Virus record (IMG/VR): IMGVR_UViG_3300045988_056259
Reading direction: 5' to 3' (one strand)
Length of the DNA: 42,891 nt
DNA from: a virus
Both the position numbers and the translations under genes were made by a program. This document shows, one piece after another, positions 33,760 through 40,918 of this stretch (positions within the stretch are counted from its first letter, which is position 1; each line of letters begins with the position of its first letter). The notes beneath the pieces were generated by a model. It searched no databases and was not told the origin of the DNA. It saw only the letters and a list, made by a program, of their open reading frames with translations.

Positions 33760-34174
33760 ATTTACCTCTACCACAATCCAGACCGTGGCAGCCGGTCAGA
33801 ATCTTCCCTTGACCGAAACCGCTGTGAAGGGAACGAACTGCATCGTGCACCGCGAAGGTGCTGGCAATGTGACGCTGCGCGGGCTTACAAACCAGTGCAA
33901 GGCCGTATTCAGAGTGAGTTTTGGCGGCAACATCGCCATCCCTACCGGTGGCACTGTGGGCGCTATCTCTGTGGCGCTGGCTGTCGGCGGCGAGGCTCTC
34001 AACAGCGCAACCGCAATCGTCACCCCGGCGGCAGTCGAAAATTACTTCAACGTTTTCGTGGCCGCTTTCATCGAGGTGCCGCGCGGCTGCTGCGTGACCG
34101 TGGCGGTTAAAAACACCAGTGCGCAGGCAGTCAGCATTGCAAACAGCAATCTGACCGTCGAAAGAACCGCATAA
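33752..34174 (+). CDS. Beta-rich protein resembling BclA-C-terminal/TNF-like exosporium-type domains (tentative).
   Basis: AAGGAGG RBS. Alternating hydrophobic beta pattern: FRVSFGGNIAIPTGGTVGAISVALAVGGEAL...VTVAVKNTSAQAVSIANSNLTVERTA. Confidence 0.35.
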   Translation: MAEFTSTTIQTVAAGQNLPLTETAVKGTNCIVHREGAGNVTLRGLTNQCKAVFRVSFGGNIAIPTGGTVGAISVALAVGGEALNSATAIVTPAAVENYFNVFVAAFIEVPRGCCVTVAVKNTSAQAVSIANSNLTVERTA

Positions 34175-34241
34175 GAAACGCATTTGATGTGTTGCCGTTC
34201 GTAATCCTTTGATGTATAATTATATCAAAGGAGTTGATACG

Positions 34242-35033
34242 ATGAAACGCAAAAATTATTCAAAATTCGATTTGACAGGGAAGCAATTTGGAAGGCTTAC
34301 AGTTGTCAAAAAATCTTCTTTTGGGAGATCACAGTGGCATTGTAAATGCACCTGCGGAAATGAGATCGACATCACTTATAGTAAGCTTTTAAATGGTCAA
34401 AAATCGTGCGGATGCTTAGAAAAAGAGTGCCAACAGAAATTTGTGAAAAATCGAACTACGCATGGTTATAGCTATACACATCTTTATAGAACGTGGCAAG
34501 GGATAAAAAGACGTTGCACAAAAACAACGGACTCCAATTACAAGAGCTATGGAGCAAAAGGAATTACCATTTGTAATGAATGGGAAAATTCCTTTGAAGC
34601 GTTTAAGAGATGGGCGTTAGAAAACGGCTATATCGAAGGATTGAATAGAACGCAACAAAGTATCGATAGAATTGACGGAAGCAAAGGCTACTTTCCAGAA
34701 AATTGTAGATGGTCAACAGCAAAAGAACAGGTAGACAACAGAGCAGTAACAACTTTCTATGATTACAAAGGAAAGCCAATTACAGCTTCAGAATTTGCTG
34801 ATATGTACGGCATATACGATAAAAATTTCGTATATAAACGAAAAAAGGCCGGAAAATCTTTTGACGAAATATTAAACGAATGGAACATCAAACACAATAC
34901 GCCCAAAAATCTACAAAAACTTTCCGATTACGCTAAAGAAGAACACATTAGCAGAAATTCCGCACTTCGGAGAATTAAGGTTGGAACTATACAAGGTGTT
35001 CGCGCCGGAAAGTATTGGTATGTGGTACGATAA
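34242..35033 (+). CDS. Low-GC phage DNA-binding/nuclease-like protein (GRLTV...WxCxCxCG...SCGC class).
   Basis: AAGGAG RBS then ATG 34242. Sequence FGRLTVVKKSSFGRSQWHCKCTCGNEIDITYSKLLNGQKSCGC. There is a marked GC drop. Confidence 0.5.
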   Translation: MKRKNYSKFDLTGKQFGRLTVVKKSSFGRSQWHCKCTCGNEIDITYSKLLNGQKSCGCLEKECQQKFVKNRTTHGYSYTHLYRTWQGIKRRCTKTTDSNYKSYGAKGITICNEWENSFEAFKRWALENGYIEGLNRTQQSIDRIDGSKGYFPENCRWSTAKEQVDNRAVTTFYDYKGKPITASEFADMYGIYDKNFVYKRKKAGKSFDEILNEWNIKHNTPKNLQKLSDYAKEEHISRNSALRRIKVGTIQGVRAGKYWYVVR

Positions 35034-35048
35034 AGAAAGGAGTACAAC

Positions 35049-35447
35049 ATGAGTAAGAACCTCTATGATCTGCGGGAAATGCTCTGCGAGGAGCTGGACG
35101 AGTACAACCGCGATGCCAAGAACGGCCTGAACGAGCGTGTGCTGGATACCGTACATAAGCTGACCGACACAATCAAAAATATCGACAAGATCATGATGCT
35201 GGAGGACGGCGATTACAGCCGCGCTGGTGAGTTGGAAGCTGATATGCGCGGCAACTACGGACGTACCGAAAACTATAACCGGGGCAACAGCTACGCAAAC
35301 CGTGGGCGGCATTATGTGCGCGGTCACTACTCGCGCGGCGATGGTCGGGAAAAGATGATCTCTGACATCGAGGACATGATGCAGGACGCCACCGGCGCAG
35401 AGCGTGACGCATACAAGCGTGCTCTGGACATCCTGAACAATATGTGA
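35049..35447 (+). CDS. Hypothetical protein (132 aa).
   Basis: AAAGGAG RBS. Helical ends with a central Arg/Gly/Tyr-rich segment. Confidence 0.6.
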   Translation: MSKNLYDLREMLCEELDEYNRDAKNGLNERVLDTVHKLTDTIKNIDKIMMLEDGDYSRAGELEADMRGNYGRTENYNRGNSYANRGRHYVRGHYSRGDGREKMISDIEDMMQDATGAERDAYKRALDILNNM

Positions 35448-35464
35448 TAAGGGGGGCGGCAGGC

Positions 35465-35797
35465 ATGGACATCGTGGAGATAAACGAGCACATCCGCAAA
35501 CTGAAATGCGAAGAAACAAACTGGCAGAGCGTGGAAAAGCTTGCCGCCCTCTGCACTGTGCGAAATGAGTTGAGCGAAGCGGAAAGCCGGGACAACAGCC
35601 CCGCTCCGCAGCCTGAACCAGTCATGCAGATGGAGTATTCCACAAGACCGCAAGAACCGCAGAGCGAATTTGTAGAGGCTGCAAGCGCTGTGCCGTTCAG
35701 CGGGTTGATGGAGGTACTGGACAGGCACATGAACGCAATAAAAATTGCATACCCAAAGGAATACGAGCTTGTGATGAAAAAGATAGGCAACTTGTAA
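35465..35797 (+). CDS. Hypothetical protein (110 aa).
   Basis: G-rich RBS then ATG 35465. It is the last plus-strand gene before attP. Confidence 0.5.
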   Translation: MDIVEINEHIRKLKCEETNWQSVEKLAALCTVRNELSEAESRDNSPAPQPEPVMQMEYSTRPQEPQSEFVEAASAVPFSGLMEVLDRHMNAIKIAYPKEYELVMKKIGNL

Positions 35798-35911
35798 AGA
35801 TAGGCAAAATGTGCTATTTTTACATAAGCAGTTATATTAGTTTATGTCATTTATAAGCTAACGGTAATCTAACGGTTTAGCAAATTGTTTCGTTGATTCG
35901 CGAAATAAATT

Positions 35912-35959
35912 TGATTTGTAATCAGTGGGTTGCAGGTTCAACTCCTGTCACCAGCTCCA
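35912..35959 (+). other. Probable attP core: the 3' portion of a tRNA-Thr(UGU)-like gene, from the anticodon loop to CCA.
   Basis: tga-TTTGTAA-tcagt-gggtt-gcagg ttcaact cctgt-caccagc-t-cca. There is no matching 5' acceptor or D arm upstream. It lies adjacent to the integrase gene. Confidence 0.6.
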
Positions 35960-35966
35960 AAAAATA

Positions 35967-36009
35967 ACGCACAGACGATAATTCAAGTTCGTCTGTGCGT
36001 TTTATTTTA
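35967..36009. terminator. Bidirectional hairpin terminator.
   Basis: 11-bp stem acgcacagacg/cgtctgtgcgt, with a T-run on the plus strand (tttatttta) and an A-run before it (aaaaataa). Confidence 0.7.
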
Positions 36010-36069
36010 TGCCAAAAAAGTATGAAAACACCCAAAATCATGTTATAATCTAACAAACAATCTAACAAA

Positions 36070-37200
36070 TCAGTACTTCATTTTCTGCATTTCCTGCAAC
36101 AAGTATTCCGGGTCATTGTGGGACACATACTTATTTGCGGTTGTGGAAAAATTCTTGTGCCCCAAAATTGCCTGCACCGCGGTCGTTTCAAGACCGCACT
36201 CCACCATCTTGCTGCTGGCGGTATGGCGCAACGTATGCGGGTGCACGCCCTCTATACCGCATTCCTTCATCAGAGCGCGAAACTTTGTAGCCACGTTGCG
36301 CTTATCCATCTTTGTGCCAGCTTTGGACGGTATCAGCCACTCGCAGCCGCTGTCCAGCATCCAAAAAGCAATGATCTTGTAAATGGGCTCAAGGATGGGG
36401 ATGATTCGGTTCTTGCCCGCTTCCGTTTTCTCGCCGCCCTGCATATAGTGCTCTTTCAAATGCACATCCTCGCAGCGCATAGAAAGCAGCTCGTCTATAC
36501 GCATACCTGTATATAGCAAGACCAGCGATATCTGCGCGATCTGACCAAACTTTGTGTCGTTCTGTTTTTCGGAGATCCGGTCTATCTCCTCGGCGGTAAG
36601 GGTGCGTTCTGCTTTTCCGGGCGCTGCGGGGAGCTGCAGCAACATAGCATAGTTCTTGTTTATAATGTCCTGCGCCATCGCCCAGTCGCAGATCTGGCTA
36701 AATAGCGTGCGCTGCTTCTCGCAGGAGCTTCTGGAAAGTCCTTTTTCAACCATCCGGTCGATGATCTGTTGATAGTCTGCTGCTTTCAGTTCCCGCAATT
36801 GTCGATCATACAGAGGTTCAGACTTTGCGTAAGCCAGCTCATACCCTTTTTTCATGTCGGGGCTCAACTTCTCAAATTTTGGCTGTGCTCTCCACTGCGC
36901 GTAAGCATCCGCAAAGGTGCACTTCAAACGCGCTGCTGGCGTGTTCTGGGCGTTGTATGTATCCAGTGCTTGCACAGCTTCCCCCGCCGTTTCAAACGTG
37001 CCCAGAACCTCCCTATGCGCCGTAAGCGCAACATACGGCTTTGCCCTTGAGCCGTTCAATTTATACACGCTGCCGCTGCCCTTTGGACGGCGGCGCTTTT
37101 TTCTTTGCGCGGGCGGTGCGGTATCCGGCAAGCGCTTGCCACACCATGGGCAGAATGCAGCGCCGTCCGGGATTTCTCGCTTGCATCTGATGCACTGCAT
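36070..37200 (-). CDS. int: Tyrosine integrase with an N-terminal zinc ribbon.
   Basis: N-terminus MQCIRCKREIPDGAAFCPWCGK. Catalytic motifs HPHTLRHTASS and ILGHKNFSTTANKYVSH. Confidence 0.9.
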   Translation of the reverse strand: MQCIRCKREIPDGAAFCPWCGKRLPDTAPPAQRKKRRRPKGSGSVYKLNGSRAKPYVALTAHREVLGTFETAGEAVQALDTYNAQNTPAARLKCTFADAYAQWRAQPKFEKLSPDMKKGYELAYAKSEPLYDRQLRELKAADYQQIIDRMVEKGLSRSSCEKQRTLFSQICDWAMAQDIINKNYAMLLQLPAAPGKAERTLTAEEIDRISEKQNDTKFGQIAQISLVLLYTGMRIDELLSMRCEDVHLKEHYMQGGEKTEAGKNRIIPILEPIYKIIAFWMLDSGCEWLIPSKAGTKMDKRNVATKFRALMKECGIEGVHPHTLRHTASSKMVECGLETTAVQAILGHKNFSTTANKYVSHNDPEYLLQEMQKMKY

Positions 37201-37204
37201 AACC

Positions 37205-37792
37205 TTACTCCTTTCGTCGCCCTATATAGCCAAGAGCGCCGTTTTCAGCTGCAGCGCGCCCGGCTTTGTAATGGATCTTCAGATCGTCAATGGGCGGTTG
37301 AGGGTCGTCCGGGCATGGGTCAAGGCCCGCGATCTGCGCATAGGTATACTGGTCTATGATGGTGCCGCACACGCTGGCCCTGTTGTTGAGCGGGCAGTGC
37401 AGGTTTGCAGCTATCTCCGATATGACAGCAGGCGGGCTGCTGCCATGCTGCCCCTTCAGCACAAAGAGGAGCAGCCGTTTCGTTAGAGGCGGAAGCGCCT
37501 GCACAATAGCGCGCAGCTCCCTATTTATCTCGTCGTCCTGTTTTTGCTGATCCGGCACCGCATACAAGTCCGGGTGCAACACCTCCATAAACACCGTGAT
37601 GGGTGACACCCCGCACGCCGTGCACCAGTCCATGATCTCGTCACTGTCCGGGCTGGTGCATCCTTTTTCCCAGCTCTGCACGGTTCGCTCTCCCTTCTCA
37701 ATACGCCTTGCGATCTCCACTTGGCTCAAGCCCGCAGACACCCGTGCTTTTGCAAGCGCTTTCCCGATTTGGCTCGCCGTAAAATAACTCAT
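37205..37792 (-). CDS. XRE-family HTH protein co-oriented with int.
   Basis: N-terminal HTH LAKARVSAGLSQVEIARRIEKGERTVQSWEKG. ATG 37792 lies 7 nt after GGAAGG; the track start at GTG 37798 is less likely. Confidence 0.65.
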   Translation of the reverse strand: MSYFTASQIGKALAKARVSAGLSQVEIARRIEKGERTVQSWEKGCTSPDSDEIMDWCTACGVSPITVFMEVLHPDLYAVPDQQKQDDEINRELRAIVQALPPLTKRLLLFVLKGQHGSSPPAVISEIAANLHCPLNNRASVCGTIIDQYTYAQIAGLDPCPDDPQPPIDDLKIHYKAGRAAAENGALGYIGRRKE

Positions 37793-37823
37793 ATACACCC
37801 TTCCCCCTCAAATATAATGCGTG

Positions 37824-37862
37824 ATAAAAACAAAAAATGGCGCAGAAAAAATCCGCGCCATT
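37824..37862 (-). terminator. Minus-strand rho-independent terminator.
   Basis: Stem aatggcgc/gcgccatt. On the minus strand it is followed by ttttttgttttt. Confidence 0.55.
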
Positions 37863-37956
37863 CGACAAATTTTATCCGTATTTCATTTTCCTCTTTCTCA
37901 TGGTAGAATTTGGTACATAAGTTGACACAATTACCAAAAATCAGGAGGAAAACAAA

Positions 37957-38067
37957 ATGAAAAACGGTCAAACAAGCAACAAAGACCCGGAAATGACCAT
38001 CATTGACGGAATGCCCGCCAGCGTGCTTACCGGCACAGCCAAAACCCCGCAGCCTTGGGAGGACTGA
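37957..38067 (+). CDS. Small ORF (36 aa).
   Basis: AGGAGGAAAACAAA precedes ATG 37957. It is below the track threshold. Confidence 0.35.
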   Translation: MKNGQTSNKDPEMTIIDGMPASVLTGTAKTPQPWED

Positions 38068-38070
38068 ACC

Positions 38071-38289
38071 ATGACCAACAAAAAGACCGCCTGTTTCTGC
38101 AACCACATCCGCGCCGCGCTTGCCTGTTACGTTGATATGACCCCGGAGCAGCAAGCTCTTGCCGCCATGTACGCCAACCGCAAGATCACCGGCCTGCACA
38201 CCCTGCGCGCCGCAGCGGTAAGCCCCGGCGGGGAGTGCGCCGCCCAGTTGTTGCAAAAAATGCAGCAGCTGGACACCGGCAACCAGTAA
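38071..38289 (+). CDS. Small hypothetical protein (72 aa).
   Basis: GGGAGG RBS. It lies within the lysogeny block. Confidence 0.45.
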   Translation: MTNKKTACFCNHIRAALACYVDMTPEQQALAAMYANRKITGLHTLRAAAVSPGGECAAQLLQKMQQLDTGNQ

Positions 38290-38412
38290 CAACGCGCATA
38301 TTTTGCGCGAAGTCAGCGTAAACCGCGCGTTTTTCGCTTAAAAGTGCGCGTAAATCGCGCGATTCAGCGCAAATCTCAAATTTTTGGCGATTTTTTTCGA
38401 CATTAAAATCGA

Positions 38413-38441
38413 TTGACGATTACGCCAAACTGTTGTAAAAT
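38413..38441 (+). promoter_or_regulatory. Near-consensus sigma-70-type promoter (TTGACG-17-TAAAAT) firing antisense into the SHOCT gene.
   Basis: -35 at 38413-18, 17-nt spacer, -10 at 38436-41. Confidence 0.4.
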
Positions 38442-38457
38442 GCAGTTGTAAACAAGT

Positions 38458-39174
38458 TTACAGGCCAAGCAACTGAGATTTTTTTGCGTTGTACTCCGCT
38501 TCCGTGATGGCCCCCATATCCAGTAGCTGTTTAAACTTCAAAAGCTCATCAGCGGCGCTGGGGGCAACCGGAGCGGCAGCCTGCGGCTTCTCATTGCTGA
38601 CTTTGCAGCTCTTGAGAAACGCAGTCATTCCGCCGGGGTAAACCGTTGCCGGCAAGCTGCTTTTGCCCAGTGGAAGCGCAAAGTGGATAGACACGCTCTC
38701 CTTACTGCGACCCTTGCGGGTCTCTGTTTTGGCGGTGGAAGCGCCCACGATCGCACCCACAGGCCCAGCAACGGCAGCGCCTATCACGGCCCTGCCAATG
38801 CCGCCCTTGGTTTCGGTCACCGTCAGATCGTCAGGCGCATCCGATTCGTACCCTGCGACTTCATCAAAACTGTAAATCATGCGTGGGCCTTTATCACCAC
38901 CGCGGTGCCCAAAGTAAAACAGCCGGTTGACCTTATCGATAGAAACAAAGAGTGCATCGCGGTCAAAGATGGAATCGGTCTCTTTAAATGTTCTGCGGCG
39001 GCTTTCCAGTGTAGCCCAGTATTCCGCAAGTGCAACTGTCGGTTGCTTTGCAGCCCGAAATCCCAGTTTTGAAAAGAAGAAACTGCTACATCCGGCGCAG
39101 ATTAGACCGTCCGCGCTCTTCTCGCGGTTTAGCAGACCCAACTTGCCGCCGCAGACGGGACAGATACTTGCCAT
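38458..39174 (-). CDS. DUF4428 zinc-ribbon / glycine-zipper / SHOCT-domain protein.
   Basis: GAGGTGG RBS. N-terminus MASICPVCGGKLG...CAGC. Glycine zipper GGIGRAVIGAAVAGPVGAIVGAS. C-terminal segment ELLKFKQLLDMGAITEAEYNAKKSQLL is SHOCT-like. Confidence 0.7.
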   Translation of the reverse strand: MASICPVCGGKLGLLNREKSADGLICAGCSSFFFSKLGFRAAKQPTVALAEYWATLESRRRTFKETDSIFDRDALFVSIDKVNRLFYFGHRGGDKGPRMIYSFDEVAGYESDAPDDLTVTETKGGIGRAVIGAAVAGPVGAIVGASTAKTETRKGRSKESVSIHFALPLGKSSLPATVYPGGMTAFLKSCKVSNEKPQAAAPVAPSAADELLKFKQLLDMGAITEAEYNAKKSQLLGL

Positions 39175-39222
39175 GATAACCACCTCACACATATTAAATA
39201 CTGCATCAGATAGGAGGAAACA

Positions 39223-39336
39223 ATGAACGAAACAGACCGGCAAGGCTACATCGACGCTATTATCAAGCTTCTGGAACGCGCAGACCTGCGGGCGCTGCGC
39301 CTGATCTGGATCCACGCAAAAGGCCTTGTAAAATAG
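39223..39336 (+). CDS. Small ORF (37 aa), one of only two candidate ORFs ending in TAG.
   Basis: TAGGAGGAAACA precedes ATG 39223. Sequence MNETDRQGYIDAIIKLLERADLRALRLIWIHAKGLVK. Confidence 0.35.
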   Translation: MNETDRQGYIDAIIKLLERADLRALRLIWIHAKGLVK

Positions 39337-39354
39337 AATCAAGGTAGCAAAAGA

Positions 39355-39387
39355 AGGGAAGCCCTTACGGGTTTCCCTCTTTTTTTT
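39355..39387 (+). terminator. Rho-independent terminator overlapping the 3' end of the repressor gene.
   Basis: 10-bp stem agggaagccc/gggtttccct, loop ttac, followed by c plus T8. Confidence 0.65.
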
Positions 39388-39739
39388 GCAGCTTTTCAGC
39401 CATCCGCTCCAAAAGCTTCCAGTCTTCCGGCTCCAGTTCGGCCAGCATCTCAACAAACCGGCGTTTGAAGTCGTCACCCTCGTCCTCCGTGATCTCGGTA
39501 AGGAAGCTGGTGATCTTCTCCGATCTGGTGATCTGGTTGAACATCTCCCCTTCACCTGTCCGCAGCCACGTCTCGTTGACGTTAAACTCGCGGCAGATAT
39601 CGGAGATCGTTCGGTCGCTGGGGACTCGCGTGCCGCTTTCGATCATCCACATAAAGTTACGGGACAGACCTACTTGCTCTGCAAACTTCTCTTGCGTAAG
39701 GCCTAAGCTCTTGCGGACAAGCGCGATTCGTTCGTTCAT
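39365..39739 (-). CDS. CI-like repressor (XRE-family HTH).
   Basis: MNERIALVRKSLGLTQEKFAEQVGLSRNFMWMIESGTRVPSDRTISDICREF. It is divergent from the early operon. Confidence 0.8.
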   Translation of the reverse strand: MNERIALVRKSLGLTQEKFAEQVGLSRNFMWMIESGTRVPSDRTISDICREFNVNETWLRTGEGEMFNQITRSEKITSFLTEITEDEGDDFKRRFVEMLAELEPEDWKLLERMAEKLQKKEGNP

Positions 39740-39763
39740 TTACTTGCCCTCCTTACGCTTCAT

Positions 39764-39792
39764 ATTATAGTGCAAAAATCTAACTATGTCAA
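39764..39792 (-). promoter_or_regulatory. Consensus promoter for the repressor gene (TTGACA-17-TATAAT on the minus strand).
   Basis: The reverse complement of 39787-92 is TTGACA and of 39764-69 is TATAAT. The spacer is 17 nt. Confidence 0.7.
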
Positions 39793-39841
39793 CTTATTTT
39801 TGATAAATTCTCAAAAAAATGCTTGCAAAATCTAACTATGT
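39775..39841. promoter_or_regulatory. Two direct copies of the 15-bp operator candidate aaaatctaactatgt, one in each promoter spacer.
   Basis: Exact copies at 39775-39789 and 39827-39841. Confidence 0.6.
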
Positions 39842-39851
39842 GTGCTATACT
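39823..39851 (+). promoter_or_regulatory. Early rightward promoter (TTGCAA-17-TATACT).
   Basis: -35 at 39823-28 and -10 at 39846-51. It lies upstream of the first early gene at 39895. Confidence 0.6.
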
Positions 39852-39894
39852 AATCTCACAAGGTTAGCAAACGCAAGCAAACAGGAGGTTTGAC

Positions 39895-40182
39895 ATGGGA
39901 GATATTTATGATCTCGCAATTCACGCAAGACGCAACCGGGAAGTAGCTGATGTGGACGGCGTTAGTTATGTTGTACCCACAAGGGGTTACAACTGGTTCC
40001 ACTGGAAGGGATGCCGCTGGTCTGGCCAATGGATTCACGGCGCGGAAGCCGAGACGCATTTCGACACATTACAAGTATACGACAACGGCACATGGCATCC
40101 AGTCGTTGCTTTTTCTCACGGTTATATGGGCCCGGCGGCGGACTACACCGTGGCCGGCGTGAAGATGTTTAAGGAGATCTGA
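39895..40182 (+). CDS. First early gene, hypothetical (95 aa). It is not an obvious Cro-type HTH.
   Basis: AGGAGG RBS. Confidence 0.6.
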   Translation: MGDIYDLAIHARRNREVADVDGVSYVVPTRGYNWFHWKGCRWSGQWIHGAEAETHFDTLQVYDNGTWHPVVAFSHGYMGPAADYTVAGVKMFKEI

Positions 40183-40185
40183 ACG

Positions 40186-40377
40186 ATGAAAAAGGAAACG
40201 CTGAAGCCTTGCCCTTTCTGCGGGCAGGAGCACACGACCATCACTGAATCTAATACTGAGGGCATTCGGATTAGATGTCCGAAATGCAATATCACATTTA
40301 CCCGCGATTTTTATGAACATCGTGGGGAATTGGGCAGGCAACGAACTATTGAAGCGTGGAATACTCGTCCTGAATAA
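40186..40377 (+). CDS. Lar-family restriction-alleviation-like zinc-ribbon protein.
   Basis: Motifs LKPCPFCGQEH, RCPKCN and TIEAWNTRPE. Confidence 0.65.
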   Translation: MKKETLKPCPFCGQEHTTITESNTEGIRIRCPKCNITFTRDFYEHRGELGRQRTIEAWNTRPE

Positions 40378-40454
40378 CCCCGCCTGATGATGGCTGCATG
40401 GCAGCAGCCGAAACGCTCCACCCGGAGCGTCGCGGGAGCCAACCGCAGAAGGAG

Positions 40455-40673
40455 ATGATAATTTTGGCAAAGACGAAGAAGAACCGCACCGATCTGGCAG
40501 CAGAACGGTACAGCATTCCGGCAGATGGGGCACACGCAGCGGATACGCTCATCAACGTGCTGTTCGACGACTTAGAGCCGCAGGACAAGCTGTCCCTGCT
40601 CTGGATGGGCATGGGCATGGCAGCGGTACGCAAGAACGACAGCCAGAACAACAACCACGACGGGGTGGCGTGA
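40455..40673 (+). CDS. Hypothetical protein. The start is uncertain (ATG 40455, TTG 40464 or ATG 40398).
   Basis: GAAGGAG abuts ATG 40455. Confidence 0.4.
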   Translation: MIILAKTKKNRTDLAAERYSIPADGAHAADTLINVLFDDLEPQDKLSLLWMGMGMAAVRKNDSQNNNHDGVA

Positions 40674-40918
40674 TGACCGAAGAAGAACGCAAGAAAATCG
40701 AGCAGGGATTGAGCTATTACGCTCATCGCCTGAACGTGCTGAATGAATCAATCACAAAGTTCGATGCACCAAGCGGCATTTTCATAGCGCTTAATCGGGA
40801 AACCTACGCTCAAATATGTGACTTGCTCGTTTCTCTTGGAGCAAGGATTGCTCGGTATCCTGATGGTCATCACAAAATCATTTTTCTTGGAATCGAAGTA
40901 GAAAGGAACATTGAATAA
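40673..40918 (+). CDS. Hypothetical protein (81 aa).
   Basis: TGATG overlap with the upstream gene. Confidence 0.5.
   Translation: MTEEERKKIEQGLSYYAHRLNVLNESITKFDAPSGIFIALNRETYAQICDLLVSLGARIARYPDGHHKIIFLGIEVERNIE

Noticed and set aside
38458-39555. 365-aa track ORF extending the SHOCT gene upstream into the repressor gene.
   Set aside because: The extension overlaps the CI-like CDS in another frame and crosses a terminator. ATG 39174, with a GAGGTGG RBS and the N-terminal zinc ribbon MASICPVCGG, is the credible start.
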